DNA of 64,000 nt from Verrucomicrobiota bacterium (GCA_049510745.1 JBEKYR010000008.1:128001-192000); one strand, 5' to 3'; counted from the first letter of the stretch, positions 9,029-20,750 are shown. Notes: generated by a model from the sequence alone, not told the origin. Numbers and translations: made by a program.

Positions 9029-12000
9029 CTATTCCTCGCCGTTCCCCGCGTGGCCGCGCTTGTCCCATTGGCGCGGGGCGCGCTGGGGGAGGGCGGCATC
9101 GACTTTGGCGTAATAGGTTTCCTCCCCAAAACGGGCGTCCACGGACTGTTGCAGGTCCAGCGAGGGCGTGACGGAGTATTTTTCGTGGGTCTGGATGAAG
9201 AGCACTTCGCCGCCGGGCCATTTGCAGCAGAGAAACAACGGGCATTTGCCGGGATGGGCGCCAGCCAGGTCGCGCGCCGCCTCCAAGTCCTGGGGCGTCA
9301 GGTGCGCCATCTGCAGGCGCAGGTGAACTTGCTTGGTGTGGACATGGGGGGCGTCTTCGAGCGGGATGATTTCCTGCGGGAAAATCTTCGGTTTGTCCTC
9401 GGAAAGATTGACTTCGCCGGTGAGGAGGAGGGCTTTTTGGGGGACGAGCAGGGGGATGAATTTGTCGTAGTTTTCGTTCAGGCAAAGGACCTGGACGGAG
9501 CCTTCCAAGTCCTCCAGCGTGACCAGGGCGTAAGGTTTGTTGGTTTTTTTTGAAATGCCTTTTTGCACTTCGACCACGAGTCCGCCCAGGCGGGTCATGG
9601 CGCGATTGGACAGGGAGGCCAATTGGCTGGTGTTGTGGACGGCGTATTTTTCCAGGATCGGCGTGAAGGGCGTGAGGGGGTGGCCGGTGACGTAAAAGCC
9701 GAGCAGTTCCTTTTCGTGGGCGAGCAATTCGTGCTGCGGCCATTCGGGCAATTGTTTTTCCGGTTCGGGGCGTTCTTCGGCGCGTTCCTCCAGCTTGCCG
9801 AAAAGGGTGTCCTGTCCGCGTTGCCGGTCCTGAATGATGCCGGCCGCCCGGCGCAAGACGTGGTCAATGCGGGCAAAGAGGGTCGAGCGCGTTTCGCCGA
9901 AGCAGTCGCAGGCGCCCGATTTGATGAGGGCTTCGAGCACTTTGCGGTTGACGGTGCGGGCATCGACCCGCTGGCAGAGATCGGCCAGGGAGGCAAATTT
10001 CCCCCCCTGGCGCGCGGCCAGGATGCTTTCGACGGCGACCTGGCCGACGCCTTTGATCGCGGCCAGGCCGAAACGGATGGCCTGCGGGCCGTTGGCCGGG
10101 GGGCTGGGGGTGAAGAAGACGCCGCTTTGGTTGATGTCGGGGGGGAGGACCTCGATGCCGAATTGGCGCGCTTCGCCGATGAGCACGCCCAGTTTGGCGG
10201 TGTCGCCCATGTCGTTGGTCATCATCGCGGAGAGGAACTCGACGGGATAATTGGCCTTGAGCCAGGCGGTCTGATAGGCAACGACGGCGTAGGCGGCGGC
10301 GTGGGATTTGTTGAAGCCGTAGCCGGCGAATTTTTCGAGCAAATCAAAAATCTGGTTGGCCTTGGCGGCGGGGATATTGTTGACTTTGGCGCAGCCCCGG
10401 ACGAAGCTCTCGCGCTGTTTGGCCATTTCCTCGGCTTTCTTCTTGCCCATGGCCCGGCGCAGGAGGTCGGCGGCGCCGAGGGTGTAGCCGGCCAGGACCT
10501 GGGCCGCCTGCATGACCTGTTCCTGGTAGATGAGCACGCCGTAGGTTTCCCGGGTCAACGGTTCGAGCAGCGGATGCTCGTATTCGATCTTGATCTCGCC
10601 ATGGCGGCGGCGGATGAAATCGGGAATCAGGTCCATCGGCCCCGGGCGGTACAAGGCGACCAGGGCGGTGATGTGCTCGATGGAACTGATCTGGAACTTG
10701 CGGCACAGATCGCGCATTCCGCCGGATTCCAATTGGAAAATGCCGACGGTGTTGGCCTTGTTCAGGAGGTCGTAGGTTTTGGCGTCGTCCAGCGGGAGGT
10801 TGTCAATGGGAATTTCGATCCCCCGCCCCAGTTTGACCAGCTCGCAGGCGTTGCGGATGACGGTCAGGGTCTTGAGGCCGAGGAAATCCATCTTCAGCAA
10901 CCCCAGGTCGCCGACGGGATTCATGGCGTACTGGGTGACAATGACGCCGTCCTCGTCCTTTTTGAGGGGCAGGAGGTTGACCAGGGGCTGATCGCCGATG
11001 ACGACGCCGGCGGCGTGGACGGAAGCGTTGCGGGTCAAATCCTCCAGGACAAAAGCGGTGTCGATCAATTCGTGGGTCTGTTCCTCCGTTTCGTAGGCCT
11101 GCTTGAAGTCCGGGGATTGTTGGAGGGCCTTTTTCAGGTCCATTTTCAATTCGTTCGGGATCATCTTGGCCAGGCGGTCGCACTCGCCGTAGGCCAGGCC
11201 CATGACGCGGCCGACGTCGCGCACGACGGATTTGGCGCCCATGGTGCCGAAAGTGACGATCTGGGCGACGGAGTCGCGGCCGTATTTTTGGCGGACGTAT
11301 TCGATGACGTCGCCGCGGCGGTCGTCGGCGAAGTCGATGTCGATATCCGGGGGGTTGACGCGCTCCGGATTGAGGAAGCGCTCGAAGAGCAGGCCGTAAC
11401 GGATCGGGTCCACGTTGGAGATTTCGAGCAGATAAGTGACGATGGAACCGGCGGCCGAACCGCGCGCCACGCAGGCAACGCCTTTGCTGCGGCCATAGCG
11501 GACGAAATCGCCGACAATCAGGAAGTAGCTGATGAAGCCGGTTTTCTCGATGACTTTCAGCTCGATGTCCAATCGGTCCATGACCGCTTTGAGGCCGGCG
11601 GCGGTGTCGGCCGGGGCGGGCGGGCCGGCGGCTTGGGCGAGGTTGGGCAGCAGGCGGGGATTGTCGATGCCGTCCACCAAAAAGGCGCCGCCCTGGGGGC
11701 GGGCCTTGATGCTGTAGCGTCTGCGCAGGCCCTCGGCCAGGAGTTGGCGCAAGTAATCTTCGCGCGTCTGGTTATCCGGCGGATGAAAGACCGGGAAATG
11801 GAGCTTGCCGAACTGGATTTCGAGGGCGCATTTTTCGGCGACTTCCAGGGTGTTCTGGATCGCTTCGGGCACTTCGCTGAAGCGCGCCTTCATCTCCTCG
11901 GCCGAGCGCAGATAGAATTGCTCCGGTTGGTAGCGCATCCGCTTGGCGTCGCTCAACAAGGATTGGGTGCCGATGCAGATGAGGCAATCATGGGCGTGGG

Positions 12001-12655
12001 AATGCTCCTTTTCGACGTAATGGACGTCGTTGGTGGCGACGAGCTTGAGGCCGAAATCGCGGGCCCAGGAGATGAGTTGGCGGTTGACCTTGAGTTGCTC
12101 GGCGATGCCGTGATCTTGGAGTTCGAGATAGAAATTGTCCGGTCCGAGCGTTTGCTTGAACCAATCGATGGTGTCGCGCGCCCTGGCCAACTGCTCGTTC
12201 ATAATGAGTTCGGGAATCTCGCTGGCCAGGCAGCCGGACATGGCGATCAAGCCGTCCTTGTGGGCGGCCAGCAGTTCCTTGTCGATGCGGGGCTTGTAAT
12301 AATAGCCCTCCAGGTGCGCGGCGGTGACCAAACGGACGAGGTTCTTGTAGCCGGTTTCGTCCTTGGCGAGCAGCCCCAGGTGATGATAAGCGTCGCGCCC
12401 TCCGGCGGCGGCTTTTTTTTCCCGGCGGCTGCCCGGGGCGACATAGACTTCGCAGCCGATGATGGGCTGGATGCCCTTTTCGAGGGCGGCTTTGTAAAAA
12501 TCGATCGCGCCGTAGAGGACGCCGTGGTCGGTGATGGCGAGTTTGGGGAATTTCAATTCATGCGCCTTGTCCATGAGCCGGTCCAGGCGGCAGGCGCCAT
12601 CGAGCAGCGAGTACTCGGTGTGCAGATGCAGATGAACAAAATCGGCGCGCGCCAT
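9029..12655 (-). CDS. dnaE: DNA polymerase III alpha subunit
   Basis: HLHLHTEYSLLDGA PHP domain, RGSAAGS, PDIDIDF, YGFNKSHA, C-terminal OB fold. Confidence 0.97.
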   Translation of the reverse strand: MARADFVHLHLHTEYSLLDGACRLDRLMDKAHELKFPKLAITDHGVLYGAIDFYKAALEKGIQPIIGCEVYVAPGSRREKKAAAGGRDAYHHLGLLAKDETGYKNLVRLVTAAHLEGYYYKPRIDKELLAAHKDGLIAMSGCLASEIPELIMNEQLARARDTIDWFKQTLGPDNFYLELQDHGIAEQLKVNRQLISWARDFGLKLVATNDVHYVEKEHSHAHDCLICIGTQSLLSDAKRMRYQPEQFYLRSAEEMKARFSEVPEAIQNTLEVAEKCALEIQFGKLHFPVFHPPDNQTREDYLRQLLAEGLRRRYSIKARPQGGAFLVDGIDNPRLLPNLAQAAGPPAPADTAAGLKAVMDRLDIELKVIEKTGFISYFLIVGDFVRYGRSKGVACVARGSAAGSIVTYLLEISNVDPIRYGLLFERFLNPERVNPPDIDIDFADDRRGDVIEYVRQKYGRDSVAQIVTFGTMGAKSVVRDVGRVMGLAYGECDRLAKMIPNELKMDLKKALQQSPDFKQAYETEEQTHELIDTAFVLEDLTRNASVHAAGVVIGDQPLVNLLPLKKDEDGVIVTQYAMNPVGDLGLLKMDFLGLKTLTVIRNACELVKLGRGIEIPIDNLPLDDAKTYDLLNKANTVGIFQLESGGMRDLCRKFQISSIEHITALVALYRPGPMDLIPDFIRRRHGEIKIEYEHPLLEPLTRETYGVLIYQEQVMQAAQVLAGYTLGAADLLRRAMGKKKAEEMAKQRESFVRGCAKVNNIPAAKANQIFDLLEKFAGYGFNKSHAAAYAVVAYQTAWLKANYPVEFLSAMMTNDMGDTAKLGVLIGEARQFGIEVLPPDINQSGVFFTPSPPANGPQAIRFGLAAIKGVGQVAVESILAARQGGKFASLADLCQRVDARTVNRKVLEALIKSGACDCFGETRSTLFARIDHVLRRAAGIIQDRQRGQDTLFGKLEERAEERPEPEKQLPEWPQHELLAHEKELLGFYVTGHPLTPFTPILEKYAVHNTSQLASLSNRAMTRLGGLVVEVQKGISKKTNKPYALVTLEDLEGSVQVLCLNENYDKFIPLLVPQKALLLTGEVNLSEDKPKIFPQEIIPLEDAPHVHTKQVHLRLQMAHLTPQDLEAARDLAGAHPGKCPLFLCCKWPGGEVLFIQTHEKYSVTPSLDLQQSVDARFGEETYYAKVDAALPQRAPRQWDKRGHAGNGEE

Positions 12656-12666
12656 GAACCCACCTT

Positions 12667-12700
12667 AAAGTTCAAAGTGCAAAGTTCAAAGTTCAAAGTG
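12667..12700. repeat. Heptamer tandem repeat (TTTGAAC)n overlapping the dnaE promoter
   Basis: AAAGTTC AAAGTGC AAAGTTC AAAGTTC AAAGTG on the + strand. Confidence 0.75.
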
Positions 12701-12728
12701 ACGGGAAGGGACGGGCACGGAGAGGCGT

Positions 12729-12879
12729 CCCAAATCCTCCTAACGCGGCCTTACCGCCGAGCGATGACCTATACAAATTGGATAGGAGAGCGAAGGAGCG
12801 GTCGGCGAGGGCGCCGACCGCTGCACGCGAGGGCGCGTGCTCTCCCCGGGATGTACTGCAACGGTTCTTAGGATTTGAG
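12729..12879. mobile_element. ~150-bp REP-containing MITE-like repeat, copy 2
   Basis: Colinear with 1250-1400, same hairpins, CAAATCCT/AGGATTTG ends. Confidence 0.8.
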
Positions 12880-12985
12880 CGCGTGGTGATGGAACAGAGT
12901 TTCTCATTGGAAATGGCCCGCTGAAAGATCACAAATCGAATCCTTGTTTAGGAAGCGAAATTCAGGTTAGAATGCGTCCAATGTG

Positions 12986-13531
12986 ATGAAAAGCAAAACC
13001 GTCATTCTGGGAGTCACCGGATCGATCGCGGCGCACAAGGCGGTCGATCTGGCCAGCTTGCTGGTCAAGGGCGGGTTCGCGGTGCATGTGGTCATGACGG
13101 CGGACGCGCAACGGTTTGTCACGCCGCTGCCGTTCAAAACGCTCTCGCGCCATCCGGTGGTGACCGACCTCTACGAGGTGGAGGAAGGATGGAAGCCGGC
13201 GCACATTGAGTTGGCGGAGGCGGCGGACCTGCTGCTGATCGCGCCCGCGACGGCCCGGACACTGGCCAAGCTGGCGCACGGGTTGGCGGATGACGCGCTG
13301 GGCTGCGTGGCGCTGGCGCTCAATCCGGCGGCCAAGTTGCTGCTGGCGCCGGCGATGAACGGCCAGATGTGGCTGCACCCCGCCACGCAAGCCAATGTGG
13401 CCTTGCTCAAAAAACGCGGGGCCGAATTCATCGGTCCCCACAAGGGTCTTCTTTCCTGCGGCTACGAAGGGATCGGGCGCCTGTGGCCGGTGGAAGAAAT
13501 CGCCCGGAGCGCCGCGACCCTCCTCCGGTGA
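12986..13531 (+). CDS. coaC: Phosphopantothenoylcysteine decarboxylase (stand-alone CoaC flavoprotein)
   Basis: LGVTGSIAAHK, HIELA, IAPATA, APAMN, LSCGYEGIGRL; no CoaB domain. Confidence 0.85.
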   Translation: MKSKTVILGVTGSIAAHKAVDLASLLVKGGFAVHVVMTADAQRFVTPLPFKTLSRHPVVTDLYEVEEGWKPAHIELAEAADLLLIAPATARTLAKLAHGLADDALGCVALALNPAAKLLLAPAMNGQMWLHPATQANVALLKKRGAEFIGPHKGLLSCGYEGIGRLWPVEEIARSAATLLR

Positions 13532-14924
13532 ACGACGACCCTAAATCGATTTTTGGCGGAAGCGACACGCTCCAAAAGCTGACCCGGTTGCTGGCGGCGC
13601 CGGTGATCGAGCCGAGCCAGCGGGCGGCCCGCATTCAAACGGTGGAAAGGGACATAGTCCTGCCGCTGCGCGTGCTGATTATCGGCATCCTGGGTTACTA
13701 CTTTTTCTTTTCCGGCTGGCTTGATACGCCGGGGGCGACCAGCGCGTCGGATTGGAGTTTGCAGAACGCCTTGGTGCTGAAGGATTCGTTCATCGCCTAC
13801 GCCCTGCTGAACCTGATCGTGGGCGCGACTCTGATTTGGGCGCGGCATCTGACGCTGACGAAGATTGAATGGATGGTTTTTGCCGCCGGGACGCTGGACT
13901 GCGTCCTGATGGGAGCATTGACCATTGTGAGCGGCGGTTTCGACAGCAAGCTCTATTGGGTGTTCGTGGGCCTGATCCTCCACAACGCGATGGCCATTCC
14001 CGTGGCCTTTCCCCAGCTCCTGCTGAATTTTCTCTCCATCGGCGCCTTCATGGCGGGGGGGATTCTGGACAACCAGATCAACATCAAGGCGCCGATCATG
14101 GATGTGGAAAGCATTTCGCAGGAGAAACCCGTGGACCGCATCATCGTGCTCATCGCCTGGGCGCTTTGTTGTTACGGCATCCAATTGCTCTTCGAAAAAC
14201 AGAAGCGGGCCGAGGCGGAAGCAACCGAGCTGGCCGTGCGGCAGGAACGATTGCGCACGGCCGGGCGCCTGGCGGCGGAGATCGCCCATCAAATCAAAAA
14301 CCCGCTCGGCATCATCACCAACGCCGCCTTTTGCCTCCAGCGCGCCGCCCGCGAAGGGGAGACTTCGGTGGACGAACAGATCCAGATCATCCGGGAGGAA
14401 GTGGAGCGGGCCGACCAAATTCTCACCGAGCTGATGGGCTACGCGCAATTGGCGGAAGGGAAGGTCGAGCGGCTGGAGGTGACGGAGGAACTGGACGGCG
14501 CCATCCATGAGGTCTTTCCCCCGGCCGCCAAGTACGACGTGCGCATCCACAAGGATTACGCGCCGTCCCTGCCGGCGTTGCTGATGCAAAAGCGGCATCT
14601 GTCCGGCGTTTTGGTCAACTTGCTGCAAAACGCGCGCGAAGCCATGCACGGCCGCGGCCAGGTGGAGGTTTCGGCCAAATATGGCGACCATGACTCGGTG
14701 CGCATTGTGATCGCGGACAACGGCCCCGGCATCCCGCCGGACAAGATCGACAAGATCTTCGAGGCCTACTTCACGACGCGGGAGAAGGGCACGGGCCTGG
14801 GCCTGGCCATAGTCAAGCATAACACCGAAATGTACGGGGGCGCCGTGACGGTGCATTCCGAGCTTGGAAAGGGCACGGCGTTTGCGATAGAATTCCCGGC
14901 GAGAATTTTAGTGAGGTTAAGCAA

Positions 14925-14928
<4 letters not shown>
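13528..14928 (+). CDS. Membrane sensor histidine kinase (PilS/NtrB-like)
   Basis: Multiple TM helices; AHQIKNPL H-box, NLLQNA, DNGPG, GTGLGL; GTG start overlapping the coaC stop. Confidence 0.9.
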
Positions 14929-16343
<1,415 letters not shown>

Positions 16344-16363
16344 GGCCGGCGGACCGGCCGTGA

Positions 16364-17236
16364 ATGACGCCCCAGAGCCGCACCATCACGCGCAAGAGCG
16401 CCTCGAATCTCGCCCTGGCCTTCGTTCTATTGCCCAAGGCCAAGCGCGACGCCATGTCCGCCCTCTACGCCTTTTGCCGGGAGGTCGATGACGTGGCGGA
16501 CGAGGAGTCGGCGCCGGTGGAAAAACGCCGCGCCGAGCTGGCGGCCTGGCGCGAGGATGTGCGGCGGGCCGTCGCAGGCGGCGCGCCCGAGTTCGCGGTC
16601 AACCGTGAACTCCAGCCGGTCATCGCCCAATACCGGCTCCCCTTCCCGCACTTCGACGAATTGATCCGCGGGGTCGAAATGGACCTGGACATCAAACGCT
16701 ACCAGACCTGGGAACATCTGGAAGAGTATTGCTATCGCGTCGCGTCGGTCGTCGGCCTTCTGAGCATTGAGATTTTCGGCTACCGCAATCCGGCCTGCCG
16801 CGATTACGCCGTCCATTTGGGCAAGGCATTGCAATTGACCAACATCCTGCGGGACGTGCGCGCGGACGCCGGGCGCGGGCGCATTTACCTGCCGCTGGCG
16901 GAATTGGAGCGGCACAAAGTTTCGCCCGAGGAGATTCTGCGCTTGGAGTATTCCGAACGGTTCGAGCGTCTGGCGGAGAGCGTGGCGGCACAAGCCCGGA
17001 AGCACTATGCCCTGGCGCGCCAGACGTTGCCGGCGGAAGATCGGCGGGCGATGATCGCGGCGGAACTGATGGGGTCGGTTTATTGGCGGCTGTTGCGCCA
17101 GTTGGAGCGGCAACGATTCAACGTCTTCGGCCCGGCGCTGGCGCGGGTGAGCCGCGGCCAAAAAGTGCTGCTCATTTTTGGCGCCTGGCTCCGGCTGGTT
17201 TGCGGCGCGGCGGCGCCGGATTATGGGACGGTGTGA
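16364..17236 (+). CDS. hpnD: Presqualene diphosphate synthase (squalene/phytoene synthase family)
   Basis: LYAFCREVDDVAD, YCYRVASVVG, ALQLTNILRDV, GRIYLP. Confidence 0.8.
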   Translation: MTPQSRTITRKSASNLALAFVLLPKAKRDAMSALYAFCREVDDVADEESAPVEKRRAELAAWREDVRRAVAGGAPEFAVNRELQPVIAQYRLPFPHFDELIRGVEMDLDIKRYQTWEHLEEYCYRVASVVGLLSIEIFGYRNPACRDYAVHLGKALQLTNILRDVRADAGRGRIYLPLAELERHKVSPEEILRLEYSERFERLAESVAAQARKHYALARQTLPAEDRRAMIAAELMGSVYWRLLRQLERQRFNVFGPALARVSRGQKVLLIFGAWLRLVCGAAAPDYGTV

Positions 17237-17314
17237 GAGTCAAGCCCTTGTCATCCACCAAAGAACGTATCAAAGCTGAAAATTTGTCGTTCAACTGATA
17301 ACCGCCGGGAATCG

Positions 17315-17830
17315 TCACGCCGCCACGCCGGCGGACCTGAAATCAGGCAAAGCGGACGCCTCCCCTTCGCACCGGGCGTAACAGGATTCCAAATGCGGCT
17401 TCAATCCCAACAAACGCTGCTTCAGAGCTTGGCCCGAAACCCCGCAATCCCTGAGAAAGAGAATGGTGCTCACGCCTTCAAGTTCATGGGGTGAAAGGGA
17501 GTTTAAATGCCGCGCGGTTTCGGCCCACGCCGGCTCTTGTTCCTGTCCAATCTTCCTCACCAATGTTTCCAGCTCATCCGTCTTTTCCAGCGAATAAGAC
17601 ACAGTCGTTCCCGCGACAGTTGGCGATTCCTTGACGAGATTCTCGCTTTCTAATCGTTCGACCTCACTTCGCAACTGCTGCGAATACATTCCATAATAGG
17701 AATACTCGAAACGTTCTGGAAACGGGGCGCCCCGTTCTTGCAGGATATGCACAATTTTCTGAAGTTTCTTCCGCCCCCCAATTCGACCCAGCACGTGGAG
17801 CAACTGCAATAATGGCACAATCGGATGCAC
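17315..17830 (-). CDS. YwgA-family winged-helix protein
   Basis: GRKKLQKIVHI...F.Y.YYG.YS..L and LEGVSTIL motifs; directly downstream of the HD gene. Confidence 0.7.
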   Translation of the reverse strand: MHPIVPLLQLLHVLGRIGGRKKLQKIVHILQERGAPFPERFEYSYYGMYSQQLRSEVERLESENLVKESPTVAGTTVSYSLEKTDELETLVRKIGQEQEPAWAETARHLNSLSPHELEGVSTILFLRDCGVSGQALKQRLLGLKPHLESCYARCEGEASALPDFRSAGVAA

Positions 17831-17837
17831 GGGTTAA

Positions 17838-19250
17838 TTAAGCATGATTGAGTTGCAGTTGTCCAAACAATTTCTCAACGGGTTCCGCCACGCGCCGATG
17901 AAAATATAATCTGTGAATTGAGTGTCGGGGGTTGGTTCCCAGCGCCCGCAAAATGAGCGATGGCCCTTCCACGGGCCGGGAGCTTGAGCCAAGCGGTCCA
18001 TCCGCCAGCAGAATCGCCTCGGTGGAAGCCGCTTCGTCCTGCCCCTCCTTATCAGGAGTGCTGGAACGAAAAACAGAGTCAAAATCACGGTAGGAATTAA
18101 AGTCCAAATCATCCAGCACCCAATCCAGATTCTTTTTCCCGACGGCGTTCAGCGCCTCACTCAACTTCACCAGTTGCCCCACCGTTGCTCCGGCCAGATC
18201 CTTGCAAAGAAACACTTTCTGCCGGGCCAGAAAACATCCGGCCAATTCCCCCAGCCGCTCATGTTCCGGCGCGGCGCAGAGAGACCAAACCTGCATGGCG
18301 GCAATCAGCGTGGCTTCGTCGCACATCAGGAAATCCGCGATGGAAAGCCTTCCTTCGCTGGCGAAGAATCGCTGCGCGACTTCAGGCGTTCGCTCCGGCA
18401 GCTTGCCCTCCTTCGCCAGCGCGGCGGCGTGATTGAACAAGCAAAGCAGATGCGCCTCCCAGCCCCGCGTCGCCTTGTGAAAATACACCTGCAGGCTCAT
18501 GTGCATTCGCGCAATGATCAGTTGTTCCGCGGAATGAAGCCCGCGCTTTTCTTCCAGGCAGAGGCGCCATTCTGTTTCCGCTCCCGGCGCGCGGCCCGGC
18601 TCGGTTCCGATGCAGAGGCTGTTCATCAGCCATTCCAGGTCAAACGCTCCGTATTTCACTCCGGTCGCCAGGGCGTCACGCAGGATGTAATCCATTCGGT
18701 CCGCATCCAATTGGCTGCTCACGATGTCCACCAACAGTCGGTGTTCGGAAACCTGTTTGATAATGTCCCTCACCCTTTCTGGATCCAGTCCATGGTCGCG
18801 CAAAACCGCCGGGATGCTCGAAGCGCGGTCGGTGACCAATTCTTCCGTGCGTTTCTCATGCTTGGCCCTCGCGCCAAAGGCTCGCTCCATCATGTGCGAA
18901 AAAGGAGCGTGCCCGATGTCGTGCAAAAGCGCCGCTGCTTTCACCGTCTGGTCGTGTGCCTCGAGCAGGGCCGTCGCGGCGGAGTCCTTGCGGTAGCGAT
19001 GCCGCAGTGTGATGAGAATTCGTTGAGCCAGGCACAGCACACCGAGACTGTGAGCGAACCGCGAATGTTCCGCTCCCGGATAAGTCAAGCTGCTCACTCC
19101 CAACTGGCGCACCCGCCGCAGCCGCTGAAATTCCGGCGTGTTAATCAAATCGAGCAGAAAGCTGTCCTCTGGCTCTATTCGTATCAGCCCATGCACCGCG
19201 TCCCGAAAGACCTTTCCGTGCGGGCCGATTTTCGCTTTGCCATTGCTCAT
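17838..19250 (-). CDS. HD-domain phosphohydrolase (YwfO/SAMHD1-like dNTP triphosphohydrolase)
   Basis: FRDAVHG, EFQRLRRVRQLG, EHSRFAHSLGV, LLHDIGHAPFSH, LDADRMDYILRD, VYFH. Confidence 0.88.
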   Translation of the reverse strand: MSNGKAKIGPHGKVFRDAVHGLIRIEPEDSFLLDLINTPEFQRLRRVRQLGVSSLTYPGAEHSRFAHSLGVLCLAQRILITLRHRYRKDSAATALLEAHDQTVKAAALLHDIGHAPFSHMMERAFGARAKHEKRTEELVTDRASSIPAVLRDHGLDPERVRDIIKQVSEHRLLVDIVSSQLDADRMDYILRDALATGVKYGAFDLEWLMNSLCIGTEPGRAPGAETEWRLCLEEKRGLHSAEQLIIARMHMSLQVYFHKATRGWEAHLLCLFNHAAALAKEGKLPERTPEVAQRFFASEGRLSIADFLMCDEATLIAAMQVWSLCAAPEHERLGELAGCFLARQKVFLCKDLAGATVGQLVKLSEALNAVGKKNLDWVLDDLDFNSYRDFDSVFRSSTPDKEGQDEAASTEAILLADGPLGSSSRPVEGPSLILRALGTNPRHSIHRLYFHRRVAEPVEKLFGQLQLNHA

Positions 19251-19409
19251 TCGGTGTCCCCTTCCGTTTCGCGGGGCGCATTGCCCGCCAAACCAAGCCA
19301 ATACTTGATGTCATTCTTGGCTTTGCTCATGGGATTGAGTGGTGAGGGTTTCAAACAGTTCATCCAGCAACCAAACTGTCACATTCGACAGCGGGAAAAC
19401 AAGACTGGA

Positions 19410-20750
19410 TTACCGCCGCAACATGGGGGGGATGCCTCCCATTTTGCCCATCATTTTTTGGAATTTGCCCATCTTTTTCATCATCTGCTGCATCTGGCCG
19501 AAGCGGTTGAGCAAATTGTTGACTTCCGCCACTTGCACTCCGCTGCCCTTGGCAATGCGGATGCGGCGCCGGGCGTTGAGGATCGCCGGGGAGCGCCGTT
19601 CCTGCGGCGTCATCGCGCAGATAATCCCTTCCATCCGTTTGAAATCCTTTTCCTGCTTCGCCAGGTCCGCCCCTTTGAGCATCTCGGCGCCGCCGGGCAG
19701 CATCCCGACCAGGCTCTCCAGCGAACCGAGCTTTTTCATCTGGCGCAATTGCTCCAGAAAATCCTCCAGCGTGAACTGCCCCTTGCGCAGCTTTTCCTCC
19801 ATGCGCCGCGCGTCGTCCAGATCGACCGATTCCGCGGCCCGTTCCACCAGGCTGACGACGTCGCCCATGCCCAAAATGCGCGAGGCCATGCGCTCGGGGT
19901 GAAACGGCTCGAAGTCCTCCAGTTTCTCGCCGACACCGCCGAACTTGATCGGCTTGCCCGTCACCGCCCTCAAACTCAGGGCCGCGCCGCCGCGCGCGTC
20001 GCCGTCCAACTTGGTCAAAATCGCCCCGGTGACGCCCAGGGCCTGGTCAAAATGGGTGGCGACGTTGACCGCCTCCTGGCCCGTGGCAGCGTCAAGAACA
20101 AGGAGAATCTCCTGCGGCTGGACCAGGTCGCGCAGCCGCGCCAATTCGCGCACCAGCGGCTCGTCGATCTGCAAACGGCCGGCGGTGTCGAAAATGAGGG
20201 TGTTGCGGTTATTCTGCCGGGCGAACTCCAGCGCCTCGCGGGCGATTTTCAACACGTCCGTCTCGCCGTGGCGGACGAAGACGGGCAACTCCAGTTGTTT
20301 GCCCAGCATTTCCAACTGGTCCATGGCAGCGGGGCGGTAAACGTCCGCCGCGACCAGCAGGGGCGTGCGGCCCTGCTTGTGCAGGAGGCGGGCCAGTTTG
20401 GCGCTGGAAGTTGTTTTGCCCGAACCATGCAAACCGACCATCAGGACGCAACTGGGATTGCCGCTCAGAGCCAAGGCGGCGTTGGTCGAGCCGAGCAAGC
20501 GGACCAATTCGTCGTGAATGATTTTGATGATCTGCTGGCCGGGCTGGATGCTTTGCACGACCTCCTGACCGAGGGCCTTGACCCGGACCGCCTCGATGAA
20601 ATCCCTGGCGACTTTGAAGTTGACATCGGCTTCCAGGAGCGCCATGCGCACCTCGCGCAGGGCTTCGGCGGTGTTGGACTCGGAGATTTTGCCCAGGCCG
20701 CGGAGATTGCGAAAGGCATTTTGGAGTCTTTGGCTCAAGGCATCGAACAT
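19410..20750 (-). CDS. ffh: Signal recognition particle protein
   Basis: ALLEADVN, GSGKTT, DTAGR, TKLDGDARGG, RILGMGD, Met-rich M domain. Confidence 0.97.
   Translation of the reverse strand: MFDALSQRLQNAFRNLRGLGKISESNTAEALREVRMALLEADVNFKVARDFIEAVRVKALGQEVVQSIQPGQQIIKIIHDELVRLLGSTNAALALSGNPSCVLMVGLHGSGKTTSSAKLARLLHKQGRTPLLVAADVYRPAAMDQLEMLGKQLELPVFVRHGETDVLKIAREALEFARQNNRNTLIFDTAGRLQIDEPLVRELARLRDLVQPQEILLVLDAATGQEAVNVATHFDQALGVTGAILTKLDGDARGGAALSLRAVTGKPIKFGGVGEKLEDFEPFHPERMASRILGMGDVVSLVERAAESVDLDDARRMEEKLRKGQFTLEDFLEQLRQMKKLGSLESLVGMLPGGAEMLKGADLAKQEKDFKRMEGIICAMTPQERRSPAILNARRRIRIAKGSGVQVAEVNNLLNRFGQMQQMMKKMGKFQKMMGKMGGIPPMLRR

Noticed and set aside
9563..12871. Long antisense ORFs (e.g. 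9563-12871, 18174-20849, 53849-55681, 56836-59304, 118-1131)
   Set aside because: Mirror frames of well-supported genes in high-GC DNA; no recognisable motifs.
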